A stretch of DNA of 63,993 nucleotides, the filler included, from a bacterium (GTDB lineage: Bacteria > JALSQH01), in assembly GCA_027004335.1 (NCBI GenBank). It is 12 parts of 12 records of this genome, joined end to end, with 100 filler letters (N's around TTAATTAATTAA, not from the genome) between each part and the next. Parts side by side here need not be neighbours in the genome. Positions count along the whole stretch, not along the records: positions 28,060 to 32,642 come from JALTID010000053.1; positions 32,743 to 37,304 come from JALTID010000054.1; positions 37,405 to 41,964 come from JALTID010000055.1; 9 more parts are not named here. One strand, given 5' to 3'. This document shows, in pieces, positions 31,163 to 42,064 of this stretch; position 1 is the stretch's first letter, and each line of letters starts with the position of its first letter. A program made the position numbers and the translations under genes. The notes under the pieces were generated by a model. The model worked only from the letters and a program-made list of their open reading frames with translations. It ran no database searches and was not told where the DNA came from.

Positions 31163-32642
31163 TTCTTTTCCTCCCCATAAAGAATGTAGCTGAATCCTGG
31201 ATTCATGATATTCCATGGATCCAGGGCTTTTTTAATTAATCTCATCAGGTGGGCGAATCCCCCCATTTTGTTGGCGTATGAAACTGAAGGATCGTCATAT
31301 CTCGGGAATGCGGCGTTTCTAATAGGGGTGGCTCCATATTTTTTAATGGCTGTGTCCATAACCTCGTTGTAAACTCTGAAAGCTTCTTCTACTTCTTCAG
31401 GTGGCGTGTCGTATTGAACAAAGGGTGTAAATCTTATAAAGACCGCTCTATGCTGATCCATGGAATGGCTGTAATATGTGAGTCCAAATTTTAAAACCGA
31501 GTTTCTTATTCTTTTTAATCCCCATTTTTCCAGCTCTACAACTTTTTCTGGATCAGCTACCAGGATTGGAAAAAGTGGCTTCCCCTCACCGTAACCTCCC
31601 ATAAATGTAGTATCCGCCTTATGAAGTGCGTAATGTTCATACCAGAATTGGTAAACCCCAGGGAATTTTTCTTTCACATAATCTGTTACTTCTCTACCGT
31701 TGCATTCAACTGCAAGCCTCTTCAATATCTTGTAATGAGCTTCCATGTCTTCTTTATAACCCCCCATAGTTGGGATTACAATATTGTAGGGTCTTTCATC
31801 TGGAGGTTTTTGCGGCTCGTGCAGAAAAAGATCAAAGTCACCTCCATGCCCATAGGTGGCGAGATGATCTATGAGGGTATAGACGATCCAGTGCCATGAA
31901 TTGATGTGTTTTACGAGATAGCCCCTCGCTGCTTTTTTCATAAATTCAGCAGCATCCTTGTATTTATCAAATCCAAAGAGATATAGAGGTTGAACTTCTC
32001 CAAGGGGGTAGATTCTTATAGCTGCTTTGGTAATAATTCCAAGGGTTCCATAGGCACTCATAAAAAGGTATTTAAGGTCAGGATATGAATTATATGTAGA
32101 GTTCCATTTCATACTTTCTGAATAATCTGAAAACGCCATAGAGCCTGTTCTGACGATAGTTCCGTCTGGCAGAACAACTTCCAGAGCAATTACATCATCT
32201 ATCATAGTTGTTCTATGGCTGTTGACATTTATCAAAGTGTAATTCCCCAGCGCAGATAATCCAGGAGGAAAGGAACCAATTGTAACATGGTACCCCACTT
32301 CAGCTGTTTTTTTAACTAATTCTCCAATAGTGACACCGGGTTCAATNNNNNNNNNNTCAATAAGTGCATTTCCTCTTTCTGGATCAAGCTCTAAAAGCCT
32401 TTTCATCTGCATCATATCTAAAACAATTCCTCTCCAGAAAGGAGTGGTGGAGGATTCCTGAGAGCCGCTTGAAACTGGAGTAACAGGAATTAGATGCTCC
32501 CTTGCAAAGTTAATTGTTTTCACCACATCCTCAACGCTTTTAGGTTTAATTACAAAATCTGGAGCGACTTTTGGCGATAGTGTTGAACCGGCGTATACAT
32601 TTCTCGTAGCTTCATCTGTAAAAACTTTTCCCATGCCCAGTA
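31159..32642 (-). CDS. FAD-binding oxidoreductase (VAO/PCMH/GlcD superfamily), 5'-truncated; N-gap at 32347-32356
   Basis: PDFVIKP, EPGVT, LEVVLPDG, GTLGIITKA, LDPWNIMNPG. Confidence 0.9.
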
Positions 32643-32785
32643 NNNNNNNNNNNNNNNNNNNNNNNNNNNNNNNNNNNNNNNNNNNNTTAATTAATTAANN
32701 NNNNNNNNNNNNNNNNNNNNNNNNNNNNNNNNNNNNNNNNNNCTTTACCCATTATATATCAATTATTCCATTAGCGGCTTTTGGG

Positions 32786-32818
32786 TCGTAGGAGCAAAAA
32801 TAGATTTTGCCCTTACGA
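32786..32818. repeat. GTAG-type REP-like hairpin
   Basis: TCGTAGGAGCAAAA-ATAGA-TTTTGCCCTTACGA; 14-bp arms with 2 mismatches. Confidence 0.65.
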
Positions 32819-32950
32819 GTTGGCGTGGTACACCACAAACAATACAATCATTCAAACATCATACAACCATTGAATATATAAAAATGGCTAAACAAAATAT
32901 TTTATACCTTTTAATAAAAGGATCTGGCAATGAAATTATTAGGGTGAATT

Positions 32951-32979
32951 TTGCATCTATCTTACTGTAAATATAAAAT
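32951..32979 (+). promoter_or_regulatory. sigma70-type promoter TTGCAT-N17-TAAAAT, 8 nt upstream of the uvrB ATG (putative leaderless)
   Basis: Canonical spacing; no SD before ATG 32988. Confidence 0.6.
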
Positions 32980-32987
32980 GTTAATTA

Positions 32988-35015
32988 ATGGAAAAATTTA
33001 TTCTACACACCAGGTTTGAACCTACCGGTGATCAACCTCAGGCAATTGAGAAGCTGGTTGATGGGCTAAGAAAAAGCTACAGGTTTCAAACACTTTTAGG
33101 CGTTACTGGCTCGGGCAAAACTTTTACCATGGCAAATATCATCGCAGAGGTCAATAGACCGACCCTGATCATTGCTCCCAATAAAGTCCTTGCAGCCCAG
33201 CTCTACAACGAATTTAAACAACTTTTCCCTGAAAATGCTGTAGAGTATTTTGTAAGCTACTATGACTATTACCAGCCCGAGGCTTATGTCCCGGAAAAGG
33301 ACCTGTATATTGAAAAAGATTCTTCAATAAACGAGCAAATAGATAGAATGAGACACTCTGCCACCAGAGCTTTGATAGAGAGGAAAGATGTAATAATAGT
33401 TGCAACGGTCTCATGTATATATGGCATCGGCAGTAGGGAGTATTACGAGAGGATGATTTTGATTTTAACAAAAGGCGAATTCACCCCCAGAGATCAGCTC
33501 CTCAGAAGGCTTGCAGAACTTCAGTACGAGAGAAAGGATATAGATTTTCACCGGGGTACCTTCAGGGTAAGAGGAGATATAATTGACATTTTTCCTCCAT
33601 ACTCTGAGGATATTGCAATAAGGGTGGGGATGTTCGGAAACCAGGTAGAAAATATCTATGAATTTGATCCACTAACTGGACATAAAACAAGGGATATGGA
33701 AAGAGCAGCTATTTATCCTGCAACTCACTGGATCACTCCGGAAGAGCTGCTCAGCATGGCAATAAAAGATATTAAAGATGAATTACAGGAAAGGCTTCAA
33801 TTCTTCAGATCACGGGGAAAACTGGTAGAAGCAGAGAGATTGGAAAAAAGAACAATGTACGACATTGAACTCCTTGAAACTGTGGGTTACTGCCCGGGGA
33901 TTGAAAATTATTCAAGGCATCTCTCCAGGAGAAAACAAAGTGAACCTCCCACCACAATTATTGATTTTTTCCCGAAAGATTTCTTAATTTTTATTGACGA
34001 AAGTCACCTTACAATTCCCCAGCTCCACGGAATGTTTGAAGGGGATAGATCAAGGAAATTAAAACTTGTGGAATACGGTTTTAGACTTCCCTCTGCTCTG
34101 GACAACAGGCCTTTGATCTTTGATGAATTTGAAGCAAAGATAAATCAGGTGATCTTTGTCTCTGCCACACCGGGACCATACGAACTGAAAGTCAGCAGTC
34201 AGGTTGTGGAACAGATAATAAGACCCACAGGGCTCATAGATCCCGAGATAGAGGTTAGACCGGCAAAACACCAGGTTGATGAGCTTGTAACTGAGATAAA
34301 GAAAAGAGTTGAGAAAAGAGAAAGGATTCTTGTAACCACCCTAACACAACGAATGGCTGAGGAACTTTCAGCTTATCTTCGGGACATGAATATAAAAGCC
34401 ACATATCTCCATGCCCAAATAGGCACTCTGGAAAGGGTAAAAATTATCAGAGAGTTCAGGAAAGGAATCTACGATGTAATCGTGGGAATCAACCTTCTAA
34501 GGGAGGGACTTGACCTTCCCGAGGTATCTCTGGTGGCAATCTTAGACGCAGATAGAGAGGGTTTTCTCAGGGGTGAAACAGCCCTCATCCAGACCTTTGG
34601 CAGAGCTGCAAGAAATGCTCATGGGAAAGTAATTCTTTTCGCAGACAGGATAACCACAGCAATGGAAAGAGCAATAAAAGAAACCACCAGAAGGAGGGAA
34701 ATTCAGCAAAGATACAATATGGAGCATGGGATCATACCAAGGACAATTGTTAAGCCTCTGAAAGACGCCTTTGAGGAACTTGGAACCGCAGCATACGATT
34801 ATGTGGAAATAGATGGTGAAATGGAAAAGAAGGTGGCAGTTGCTGAAGAAAAAACGGAATTTTTATCTTCTGAGGAAATAGAAAAAACAATTGAAGATCT
34901 AAAAGCAAAAATGAGAGAGCACGCAGAAAAGTGGGAATTTGAGAAAGCTGCAGAGGTAAGAGACAGGATCAAGGAACTTCAGAAACTCCTGGTAGAATTT
35001 GCAGAATTGACATAG
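32988..35015 (+). CDS. uvrB: excinuclease ABC subunit B
   Basis: [44 protein letters not shown]-terminal UVR domain. Confidence 0.98.
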   Translation: MEKFILHTRFEPTGDQPQAIEKLVDGLRKSYRFQTLLGVTGSGKTFTMANIIAEVNRPTLIIAPNKVLAAQLYNEFKQLFPENAVEYFVSYYDYYQPEAYVPEKDLYIEKDSSINEQIDRMRHSATRALIERKDVIIVATVSCIYGIGSREYYERMILILTKGEFTPRDQLLRRLAELQYERKDIDFHRGTFRVRGDIIDIFPPYSEDIAIRVGMFGNQVENIYEFDPLTGHKTRDMERAAIYPATHWITPEELLSMAIKDIKDELQERLQFFRSRGKLVEAERLEKRTMYDIELLETVGYCPGIENYSRHLSRRKQSEPPTTIIDFFPKDFLIFIDESHLTIPQLHGMFEGDRSRKLKLVEYGFRLPSALDNRPLIFDEFEAKINQVIFVSATPGPYELKVSSQVVEQIIRPTGLIDPEIEVRPAKHQVDELVTEIKKRVEKRERILVTTLTQRMAEELSAYLRDMNIKATYLHAQIGTLERVKIIREFRKGIYDVIVGINLLREGLDLPEVSLVAILDADREGFLRGETALIQTFGRAARNAHGKVILFADRITTAMERAIKETTRRREIQQRYNMEHGIIPRTIVKPLKDAFEELGTAAYDYVEIDGEMEKKVAVAEEKTEFLSSEEIEKTIEDLKAKMREHAEKWEFEKAAEVRDRIKELQKLLVEFAELT

Positions 35016-35062
35016 AAGTCAGGATATGTATTATAAAAAGCAGGCAGAGTAAAGGAGAAAGA

Positions 35063-35854
35063 GTGGCTCTCTTTAATTTTAAAAAATTATTTTCCGGTGA
35101 AGTTCCTGAAATAAGACCTGAATTAAAAGACCTCGTAAATATCCTCTATATAGCTAAATATCCAATCGTAATTACAGGAGCAGGGATCTCTGTAAAAAGT
35201 GGGATACCCGATTTCAGAGGACCAGAGGGATTATGGAAAAAATTTTCTCCCTCCGAATTTGTAGAGAAAAAAGTGCATAAGAATCCAGAGAAATTCTGGG
35301 AAATGATGGCGGAGACCTACCAAAAAATAAAAAATGCAAAACCCAACGAAGCTCACAGGGCTCTTGCAACACTGGAAAAATTGGGCTATATTAAAGCGAT
35401 AATTACTCAAAATATCGACAATTTACACCAGAAAGCAGGAAGCAAAAATGTGATCGAATTCCATGGAAGCATTGAGAAGTTGATCTGTACAAACTGCGGA
35501 AGAAAATTTTCCGGTAAAGAAATTAAAATAAAAAAAATACCACTCCGTTGTCCCATTTGTGGAGGAATTCTTATACCTGAGATTCTCTTCTTTCAGGGAA
35601 AGATCAGAGAATCTACTTTGAAGAAAGTTGAAGAAAGTCTCAAATGGACCGATGTTCTAATCCTTGTTGGCACATCAGTTGCAGTAGAACCTGCAGCGGA
35701 GATACCTTATCTTGTGAAGGAAAATGGAGGTACAATTGTTGAAATTAACATTTCACCCACATACATTACAGGGGACATTACTGACATTTTTATCCCATGC
35801 GATGCCTCTGAGGCCCTTTCAAAACTTGAAAAAACCTTATCAAACATACTGTGA
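35063..35854 (+). CDS. cobB: NAD-dependent protein deacylase (sirtuin)
   Basis: TGAGIS..SGIPDFRG, TQNIDNLH, EFHGS, CTNC..CPIC, VGTS. Confidence 0.92.
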   Translation: MALFNFKKLFSGEVPEIRPELKDLVNILYIAKYPIVITGAGISVKSGIPDFRGPEGLWKKFSPSEFVEKKVHKNPEKFWEMMAETYQKIKNAKPNEAHRALATLEKLGYIKAIITQNIDNLHQKAGSKNVIEFHGSIEKLICTNCGRKFSGKEIKIKKIPLRCPICGGILIPEILFFQGKIRESTLKKVEESLKWTDVLILVGTSVAVEPAAEIPYLVKENGGTIVEINISPTYITGDITDIFIPCDASEALSKLEKTLSNIL

Positions 35855-35898
35855 CAAAAATGTCAGGCTTGACAAAATAGGTGTAAAAAATGTATGAT
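35852..35898 (+). promoter_or_regulatory. promoter TTGACA-N18-TATGAT with adjacent palindrome TGACA-N4-TGTCA
   Basis: -35 at 35869-35874, -10 at 35893-35898, palindrome at 35852-35865. Confidence 0.6.
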
Positions 35899-35951
35899 AG
35901 ATAATAATGAAAAAACAAATAAAAAAACAAATAAAAAATGGAGGTGTTGGT

Positions 35952-37304
35952 ATGAAGAAAGAAAGAATTTTTTCTTTACCGCGAAATGGTAATGTGCTGT
36001 TAGGTATTGTGGTGATGGTGGTCTTTATTTTTGCCTTTTCATTTTTTACTCTCTCATGCACGGGATGCGGTCCAAAACCAAAAAACAAAACTTTAACTCA
36101 GGCACAGAAATGTGAGAATGCTCTAAATACTGCTGAAAACGCTGATGAGATTTCGTCAGATATGTTTGGCTCAATAGTTGATGAATGCTATCACTTTGAA
36201 AACAGCGACAAAAATGTTCAGGCTGTTATTCAAAAACATGAAGTTACTTATGACTATGTTATGCTTCTCTATGATGTAAAAGGCTTTATAGAAAAAGGGG
36301 TAAATGCGTTAGTTAATGTATTGGCTAAACTTCATCTTTCCTCTCCCGAATTTGAACCACAGGCATTTCAACAGGGGGATCCTCTAAACCTTCTCAACTC
36401 TATGTTTTTTTCCAAGGTTATGCCTTATATGGATGATGCAAACAAAAGGGTTCAGGTACTTGCACAAAAAGATATTAAAGATGTTTCTGTAACAATGGGA
36501 TCTATTGTACTTAACCTTGATGTAAAAAAATTTCTCAAGACACTTGGGGTAAAAAAAGAGGATCTTGACCTGATTTCAGATTCCTTCAAATTTGATTTAA
36601 AAGGCAAATGGGACTACACCGAGGTGTTAGTAATTGGAGCTCTGGACAATGGAATATTTGCCATCTGGAGACTTCTTGAGTCACAGACCTTGGGAAACAT
36701 GGGTCTTCTCCTACAAGCAGCAACGGGTGATTACTCTATTGATATGAAAAATCCATATCAATTAGCTGGCGTTGTTGCTCATGTCGCAGCAAAAATTCCT
36801 AAGATCCTTGCCTTTGAGCCAACAGAGGGTAAAGCCGTTTTTGAAAATGAGGTCAGACTATATCTGGATACAACACTCAGCTATCTGACAGGGAGATCAG
36901 ATGATCTTACCGGGCCTGATAGAAAGGGTAATACTCTGACCTATGCAGTAAAAAATCCTGGACTTTTTGATGCTATTGAAACAGTAATGAAGGAAGATCA
37001 AACTGGTAGATTTGTCCAGTATACAGACAGCGATAAGAGTGGAGGGATCTCTTATAAAGATGAAATTAAAGTCCCACTTCTCGCTGAGGCAAATAAAAAA
37101 TGGGGGAGTTTTAAGAATCCATTTACCACTGGAACATGGAAGGCACTTATTTCTGCAGGACAGAAAATTGAAGATCAGTTAGAAAATTATAAAAATGCAC
37201 AGGCTGACCTGGATGAAGGTGCAGTTCTCAACATGGTCTTCCAGGATATAGCAAAATATACAAAAGAAGAATATGGTAAAGAGGTTACCATCCCTGCTAT
37301 TCCC
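35952..37304 (+). CDS. large hypothetical (lipo)protein, 3'-truncated
   Basis: ATG after GGAGG; hydrophobic signal ending LSCTGC; EF-hand-like DSDKSGGISYKDE. Confidence 0.7.
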
Positions 37305-37404
37305 NNNNNNNNNNNNNNNNNNNNNNNNNNNNNNNNNNNNNNNNNNNNTTAATTAATTAANNNNNNNNNNNNNNNNNNNNNNNNNNNNNNNNNNNNNNNN
37401 NNNN

Positions 37405-38122
37405 CCTTATTCCAGCGGTCATTGCAGGGATTGACACTGATGAACTGCTCAAAGGTGCACAAGAAGTAGTAGATGATCTTATTTCAGCCTCCCCACCAGA
37501 AAATCCTTCATTTATTTTTGCTGGAATCAATTTCCACAGTTGGCAGAATGATAAAAATATCCTAGCAATGCTAACCTATGGAGCTCCGCTGAATCTATGG
37601 GGAGACTGGTTTGTCCAGTTATGGGCTGAGAGTATCGGGAAGAAAAACATGGTAAGAGAAGTGGGTTCAACCCCATTAAGGGGAGTTGGGGCGACTGATC
37701 AGCATTCAATCCTTCAGTTATTTCTGGATGGACCCAGGGATAAAATTGTATATATTTTAGGAGTAAAAAAACACAGAAAGGACATCAAAATCCCTGATCT
37801 ATTTAAAGAAAGAGAGAAAATTTCATATTTAGGTGGTAAGAAGATGTACAATCTTATGAAAACTGAAAGGGAAGCCACTATTCTGGCACTTAAAGAGAGA
37901 AAGGTACCTACAGGGTTAATTGAACTTGACTCCCTTTCAGAGGAATCTATAGGAAGGATGATAATGTTTTTTGAACTCAGTATATTTTATGCAGGAAAGA
38001 TGTTTAACATTAACCCCTTTAATCAGCCTGCAGTGGAAGAAATAAAAAAATATATATATGGAACTCTGGGACGGAAAGGTTTTGAGGAATACAGTGGCAA
38101 GATCAAAATGGAAGGAGATTAG
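37405..38122 (+). CDS. pgi: glucose-6-phosphate isomerase, 5'-truncated
   Basis: QLWAESIGK, GATDQHSILQL, NPFNQPAVEEIK. Confidence 0.93.
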
Positions 38123-38125
38123 CTA

Positions 38126-39052
38126 ATGAAAATCGGTGTGATTTTTAATCCCTATGCGAGAAAGAATTACAAGAATCCATCTATTTTTGAAAAGATGAAA
38201 TACATTGTAGGAGATAAAGGAATTGTGGAGATGTCCCAGCACCTTGATGAAATTCCCCCCATAGGAAAACACTTTATAGAGGAAGGGGTTGAGTTTATAG
38301 CTATAAGCGGTGGCGATGGTACCATGATGAACACTATATCCAGATTGAAGGAAGTTTACAGAGAATTACCTCCCCTTCTTATACTTCGGGGTGGTACCAT
38401 GAATATGTTAGGAGATTCGGTAGGAATCAAGGAAAATCAACTTGACACTCTAAGAAAATTTGTTTCCAGTGACCCTGAAAAAATAAAATTTGTAGAGAGA
38501 GATACTATCAAGGTAGGCAAATATTATGCTTTTATTTTTGGTATTGGAGTGGTTCCTAACTTCCTTTCCGCATACTACGAAGGCCCAAGAACTGGAGCAG
38601 TAAAAGCAACTGAGATTATTGTGAGAGGAGTAGTATCCGGTATAACTGGAGGGCAATTTGCGAAAAAACTCCTTCAAAAAGTATATGCAACGGTAACTAT
38701 TAATGGCAGGGAAGTACCTTTTGAAGTCATTACTGCTATATTAGCTCAGACAATTGAGAACCTCTCCCTCGGGTTCAAACCAATGTACAGGGCTCTGGAA
38801 AAAAAGGGTACATTTCATACATATGTAGCTGGATTGTCTCTACCTCAGATTATAACAAAAATCCCCCACCTTTTTCTTGGAAAGCCTATCAAACACAAGC
38901 TTGTATATGATGAACTGGCAGAAACAATGATCATAGATTCTAAATTTCCGTTGAAATACACCTTGGATGGAGATCTCTTTGAATCTGAGGATAAAATCAT
39001 TGCAAAAATTGGTCCATCAGTTAAGTTTGCAATACCAGAGAGAAAAGAATGA
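38126..39052 (+). CDS. diacylglycerol kinase-family protein
   Basis: FNP, SGGDGT, GGTMN, YTLDGD. Confidence 0.85.
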   Translation: MKIGVIFNPYARKNYKNPSIFEKMKYIVGDKGIVEMSQHLDEIPPIGKHFIEEGVEFIAISGGDGTMMNTISRLKEVYRELPPLLILRGGTMNMLGDSVGIKENQLDTLRKFVSSDPEKIKFVERDTIKVGKYYAFIFGIGVVPNFLSAYYEGPRTGAVKATEIIVRGVVSGITGGQFAKKLLQKVYATVTINGREVPFEVITAILAQTIENLSLGFKPMYRALEKKGTFHTYVAGLSLPQIITKIPHLFLGKPIKHKLVYDELAETMIIDSKFPLKYTLDGDLFESEDKIIAKIGPSVKFAIPERKE

Positions 39053-40491
39053 ATTTCCCATCAAAAAGAATAGACGAATTTAAAATCCTTATTCCCAGGC
39101 ACGGGAAAATGAACACAGATGCAATCATTTATGCCAGTAAGAAATTATGGGAAAAAATTAAAAATGATGAGAGTGTTACTCAGATAATCAATGTTGCCTC
39201 ACTACCCGGCATTGTGGGAAAGGCACTTGCGATGCCTGATATACACGCAGGGTATGGATTTCCAATCGGGGGGGTTGCAGCTTTTGATACAGAAAATGGC
39301 ATCATTTCGCCCGGAGGAGTTGGGTATGACATAAATTGTGGAGTCAGATTAATTTCAACTTACCTGAAAAAAAAAGATGTCGAAGAAAAAATTGAAAAAG
39401 TATTAGCTACGATTTTTTCTCTGGTCCCCTCAGGGGTTGGCTCAAGAAGCCGCATCTTAAAACTAAGCAAAAGAGAGATGAAAGAAGTAGTAAAAGAGGG
39501 GGCACGGTGGGCTGTTTCCAACGGATTGGGAGAAACAGAAGACCTTGAATTCATTGAAGAAAATGGAATAATAAAAGGAGCAGAGCCAGATGCAATTTCC
39601 CAGCGGGCATATGAAAGAGGAATGGGTCAATTAGGAACGCTGGGTTCCGGAAATCATTTCATTGAAATTGATTATGTTGAAGAAATCTACGATCAGGAAA
39701 AAGCTAACATATTCGGCATATTTAAAAATCAGGTAGTAATTCTGCTTCATACAGGCTCCAGAGGATTTGGACACCAGATAGCTGACGATTACATAAAAGT
39801 CATGAGAAGAAATCAGAAAAAGTATGGGATCAACTTACCAGATCAGCAGCTCGCCTGTGCTCCATTCTCCTCAGTTGAAGGGCAGGATTACTGGGCTGCC
39901 ATGAAAGGAGCAGTCAATTATGCTTTTGCAAACAGAGAAATTATTACCCACAGAATAAGAGAAGCCTTTCTTTCAGTGTTTAAAAAAGGATATAGAAAAC
40001 TGGGATTGAAGCTAATATATGATGTTGCTCATAATATAGCAAAAATTGAAGAATTTGAAATTGAAAAAAAGAGAAAGTCGTTAATCATTCACAGAAAAGG
40101 GGCCACAAGGGCATATCCACCTCACCATTCTCTAATTCCTCAAAAATACAGAGAATCGGGACAACCCGTATTGATCCCCGGCGATATGGGAAGGTACAGC
40201 TTTGTTTTAGCAGGAACAGAAAAGGCATATAAAGAAACATTTGGAAGCTCCTGTCATGGGGCAGGCAGAATCTTAAGCAGGCATCAGGCAAGAAAAGCAG
40301 TAGGTCAGAGAAACATTATTGAAGAAATGGAAAAGAGAAACATTACTGTGTTGGCTGAATCTAGAAGAACAGTTGTAGAGGAAGTTCCTGAAGCATATAA
40401 GGATGTTGCAGATGTAATTGAAGTAGTAAAGGGAGCTGGAATATCTCTTCCCGTTGCCAGATTGAAACCCCTTGGTGTTATAAAAGGTTAA
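39049..40491 (+). CDS. rtcB: RNA ligase RtcB (long, archaeal-like type)
   Basis: MPDIHAGYGFPIG, GYDINCG, GSGNHF, HTGSRG, HNIAK, HRKGAT, HGAGR, EAYKD. Confidence 0.96.
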   Translation: MNFPSKRIDEFKILIPRHGKMNTDAIIYASKKLWEKIKNDESVTQIINVASLPGIVGKALAMPDIHAGYGFPIGGVAAFDTENGIISPGGVGYDINCGVRLISTYLKKKDVEEKIEKVLATIFSLVPSGVGSRSRILKLSKREMKEVVKEGARWAVSNGLGETEDLEFIEENGIIKGAEPDAISQRAYERGMGQLGTLGSGNHFIEIDYVEEIYDQEKANIFGIFKNQVVILLHTGSRGFGHQIADDYIKVMRRNQKKYGINLPDQQLACAPFSSVEGQDYWAAMKGAVNYAFANREIITHRIREAFLSVFKKGYRKLGLKLIYDVAHNIAKIEEFEIEKKRKSLIIHRKGATRAYPPHHSLIPQKYRESGQPVLIPGDMGRYSFVLAGTEKAYKETFGSSCHGAGRILSRHQARKAVGQRNIIEEMEKRNITVLAESRRTVVEEVPEAYKDVADVIEVVKGAGISLPVARLKPLGVIKG

Positions 40492-41159
40492 TTCTCCCTT
40501 AAAATTCCTGACAGCCACCTGAAAAACTCACTGTAAGTATTATCCATAAGTTTTAACAGGATCACATATTTCAACGGAATTTTTAATTCTTCTATCTCTG
40601 GAGCATCCTTTACTTCATTAAATCCCTTCTCAAGATCACCATTTTTCAAAATTATCTTGATCCTGCGTCTCCCGATATTCTCTCCCTGAGAATCAAAAAT
40701 ATAAAAGTAAGTTTTAAGAATCGCTATTTTATTTTTTCTATTAAACTTAAAAATTTTTATTTTGGGAAAAGTGTAAATGACTCTCTTCTTACCCAGTAAT
40801 TCTGGAATTTTTAAAGAATCTTTGTAGGAATAATGATAGAGGTCCAGACCTTTTTTCTTTAATTTCCAGGACAAAATGATTCCACCCCTTACCTTCAAAG
40901 GGAACTCTTTGAACAGACTTTTGTTTTGAGGATCCCTGACAAATCTTTTAAAAATTTCAGATGATATCTTCCCAGCATTCTTCTTCAAATAATTATCCCA
41001 CACTCCAGGACCACAATACATGGGGAAAAAATAGAGATATTTTATCTTCTTTAATCTATCAGGTCTTATAAAATTTATACTGTTTTCTCCGCCCGAAGCT
41101 ATGTTCCCAAGAAGGAGAAAGAAGAAAGCAAGACTCACAAAAACAAATTTGGCCTTCAT
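40488..41159 (-). CDS. secreted Lys-rich hypothetical protein
   Basis: N-terminal signal peptide; 223-aa ORF. Confidence 0.6.
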   Translation of the reverse strand: MKAKFVFVSLAFFFLLLGNIASGGENSINFIRPDRLKKIKYLYFFPMYCGPGVWDNYLKKNAGKISSEIFKRFVRDPQNKSLFKEFPLKVRGGIILSWKLKKKGLDLYHYSYKDSLKIPELLGKKRVIYTFPKIKIFKFNRKNKIAILKTYFYIFDSQGENIGRRRIKIILKNGDLEKGFNEVKDAPEIEELKIPLKYVILLKLMDNTYSEFFRWLSGILREN

Positions 41160-41196
41160 TACATCGTATTTTACTGAATAACTATATTTTTAGCAA
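41160..41196 (-). promoter_or_regulatory. sigma70-type promoter TTGCTA-N17-TAAAAT, 8 nt upstream of the ATG (putative leaderless)
   Basis: -35 at 41191-41196, -10 at 41168-41173; no SD. Confidence 0.55.
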
Positions 41197-41239
41197 ACAA
41201 AAGTAAACCAAGCTGAGAGGGCCTCAATAGAGTATAAGA

Positions 41240-41964
41240 TTATAGAATCCTTCTGCTTATTATCTCCTTCATAATTTCAGTCGTCCCTGCATAAATTGTC
41301 TGGACCCTCGCATCTAAGAATGCTTTGCTGATAGGATACTCAAGTGAATATCCATACCCTCCATGGAACTGAACTCCCCAATCTGTGACTCTCTTCAACA
41401 TTTCGGTTGTCCACCACTTGGCCATGCTCGTTTCTACAACAACATCTTCCTTTTTCATATGTTCTCTTATCAATCTATCCACAAATTCTCTTCCAAGAGC
41501 GATCTCAGTAGCAAGTTCAGCCATTTTGAATCGGATATACTGAAATTTACTCAGAGGTCTTCCAAAAGCATGTCTTTCGTTAAGATACTGTTTAGTGGCC
41601 TCAAAAGCCTTCTCCGCACCTGCCACCGCTGCGATGGCAACCACAAGCCTCTCCTGCTGAAGTTCCTGCATCAAATAGTAAAATCCCGCCCCTTCTTCAC
41701 CGAGCAAATTTTCCACAGGGACTTTAACATCTTCAAAAATCAGCTCTGCGGTATCCTGTGCCCACATGCCCATTTTGGGGATCTTCTTTCCCCTTTTAAA
41801 TCCTTCCATACCTCTCTCTACCACCAACAGGCTGACCCCTGTATAAGGTGGATCAGCTTTGGGATTGGTTTTTGCAGCAACAACAACAACATCCCCTAAG
41901 AGTCCATTGGTTATAAACATTTTAGTCCCATTAAGCAGATAATGATTGCCTTTCTTGATAGCCG
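41240..41964 (-). CDS. acyl-CoA dehydrogenase (long-chain type), 5'-truncated
   Basis: NGTKMFITNG, DTAELIF, QERL, RHAFG, QFHGGYGY, IYAGTTEIMK. Confidence 0.95.
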
Positions 41965-42064
41965 NNNNNNNNNNNNNNNNNNNNNNNNNNNNNNNNNNNN
42001 NNNNNNNNTTAATTAATTAANNNNNNNNNNNNNNNNNNNNNNNNNNNNNNNNNNNNNNNNNNNN

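Noticed and set aside
32963..32980. SOS-box-like TACTGTAAATATAAAATG before uvrB
   Set aside because: Right half lacks ACAG; better explained as the promoter spacer and -10
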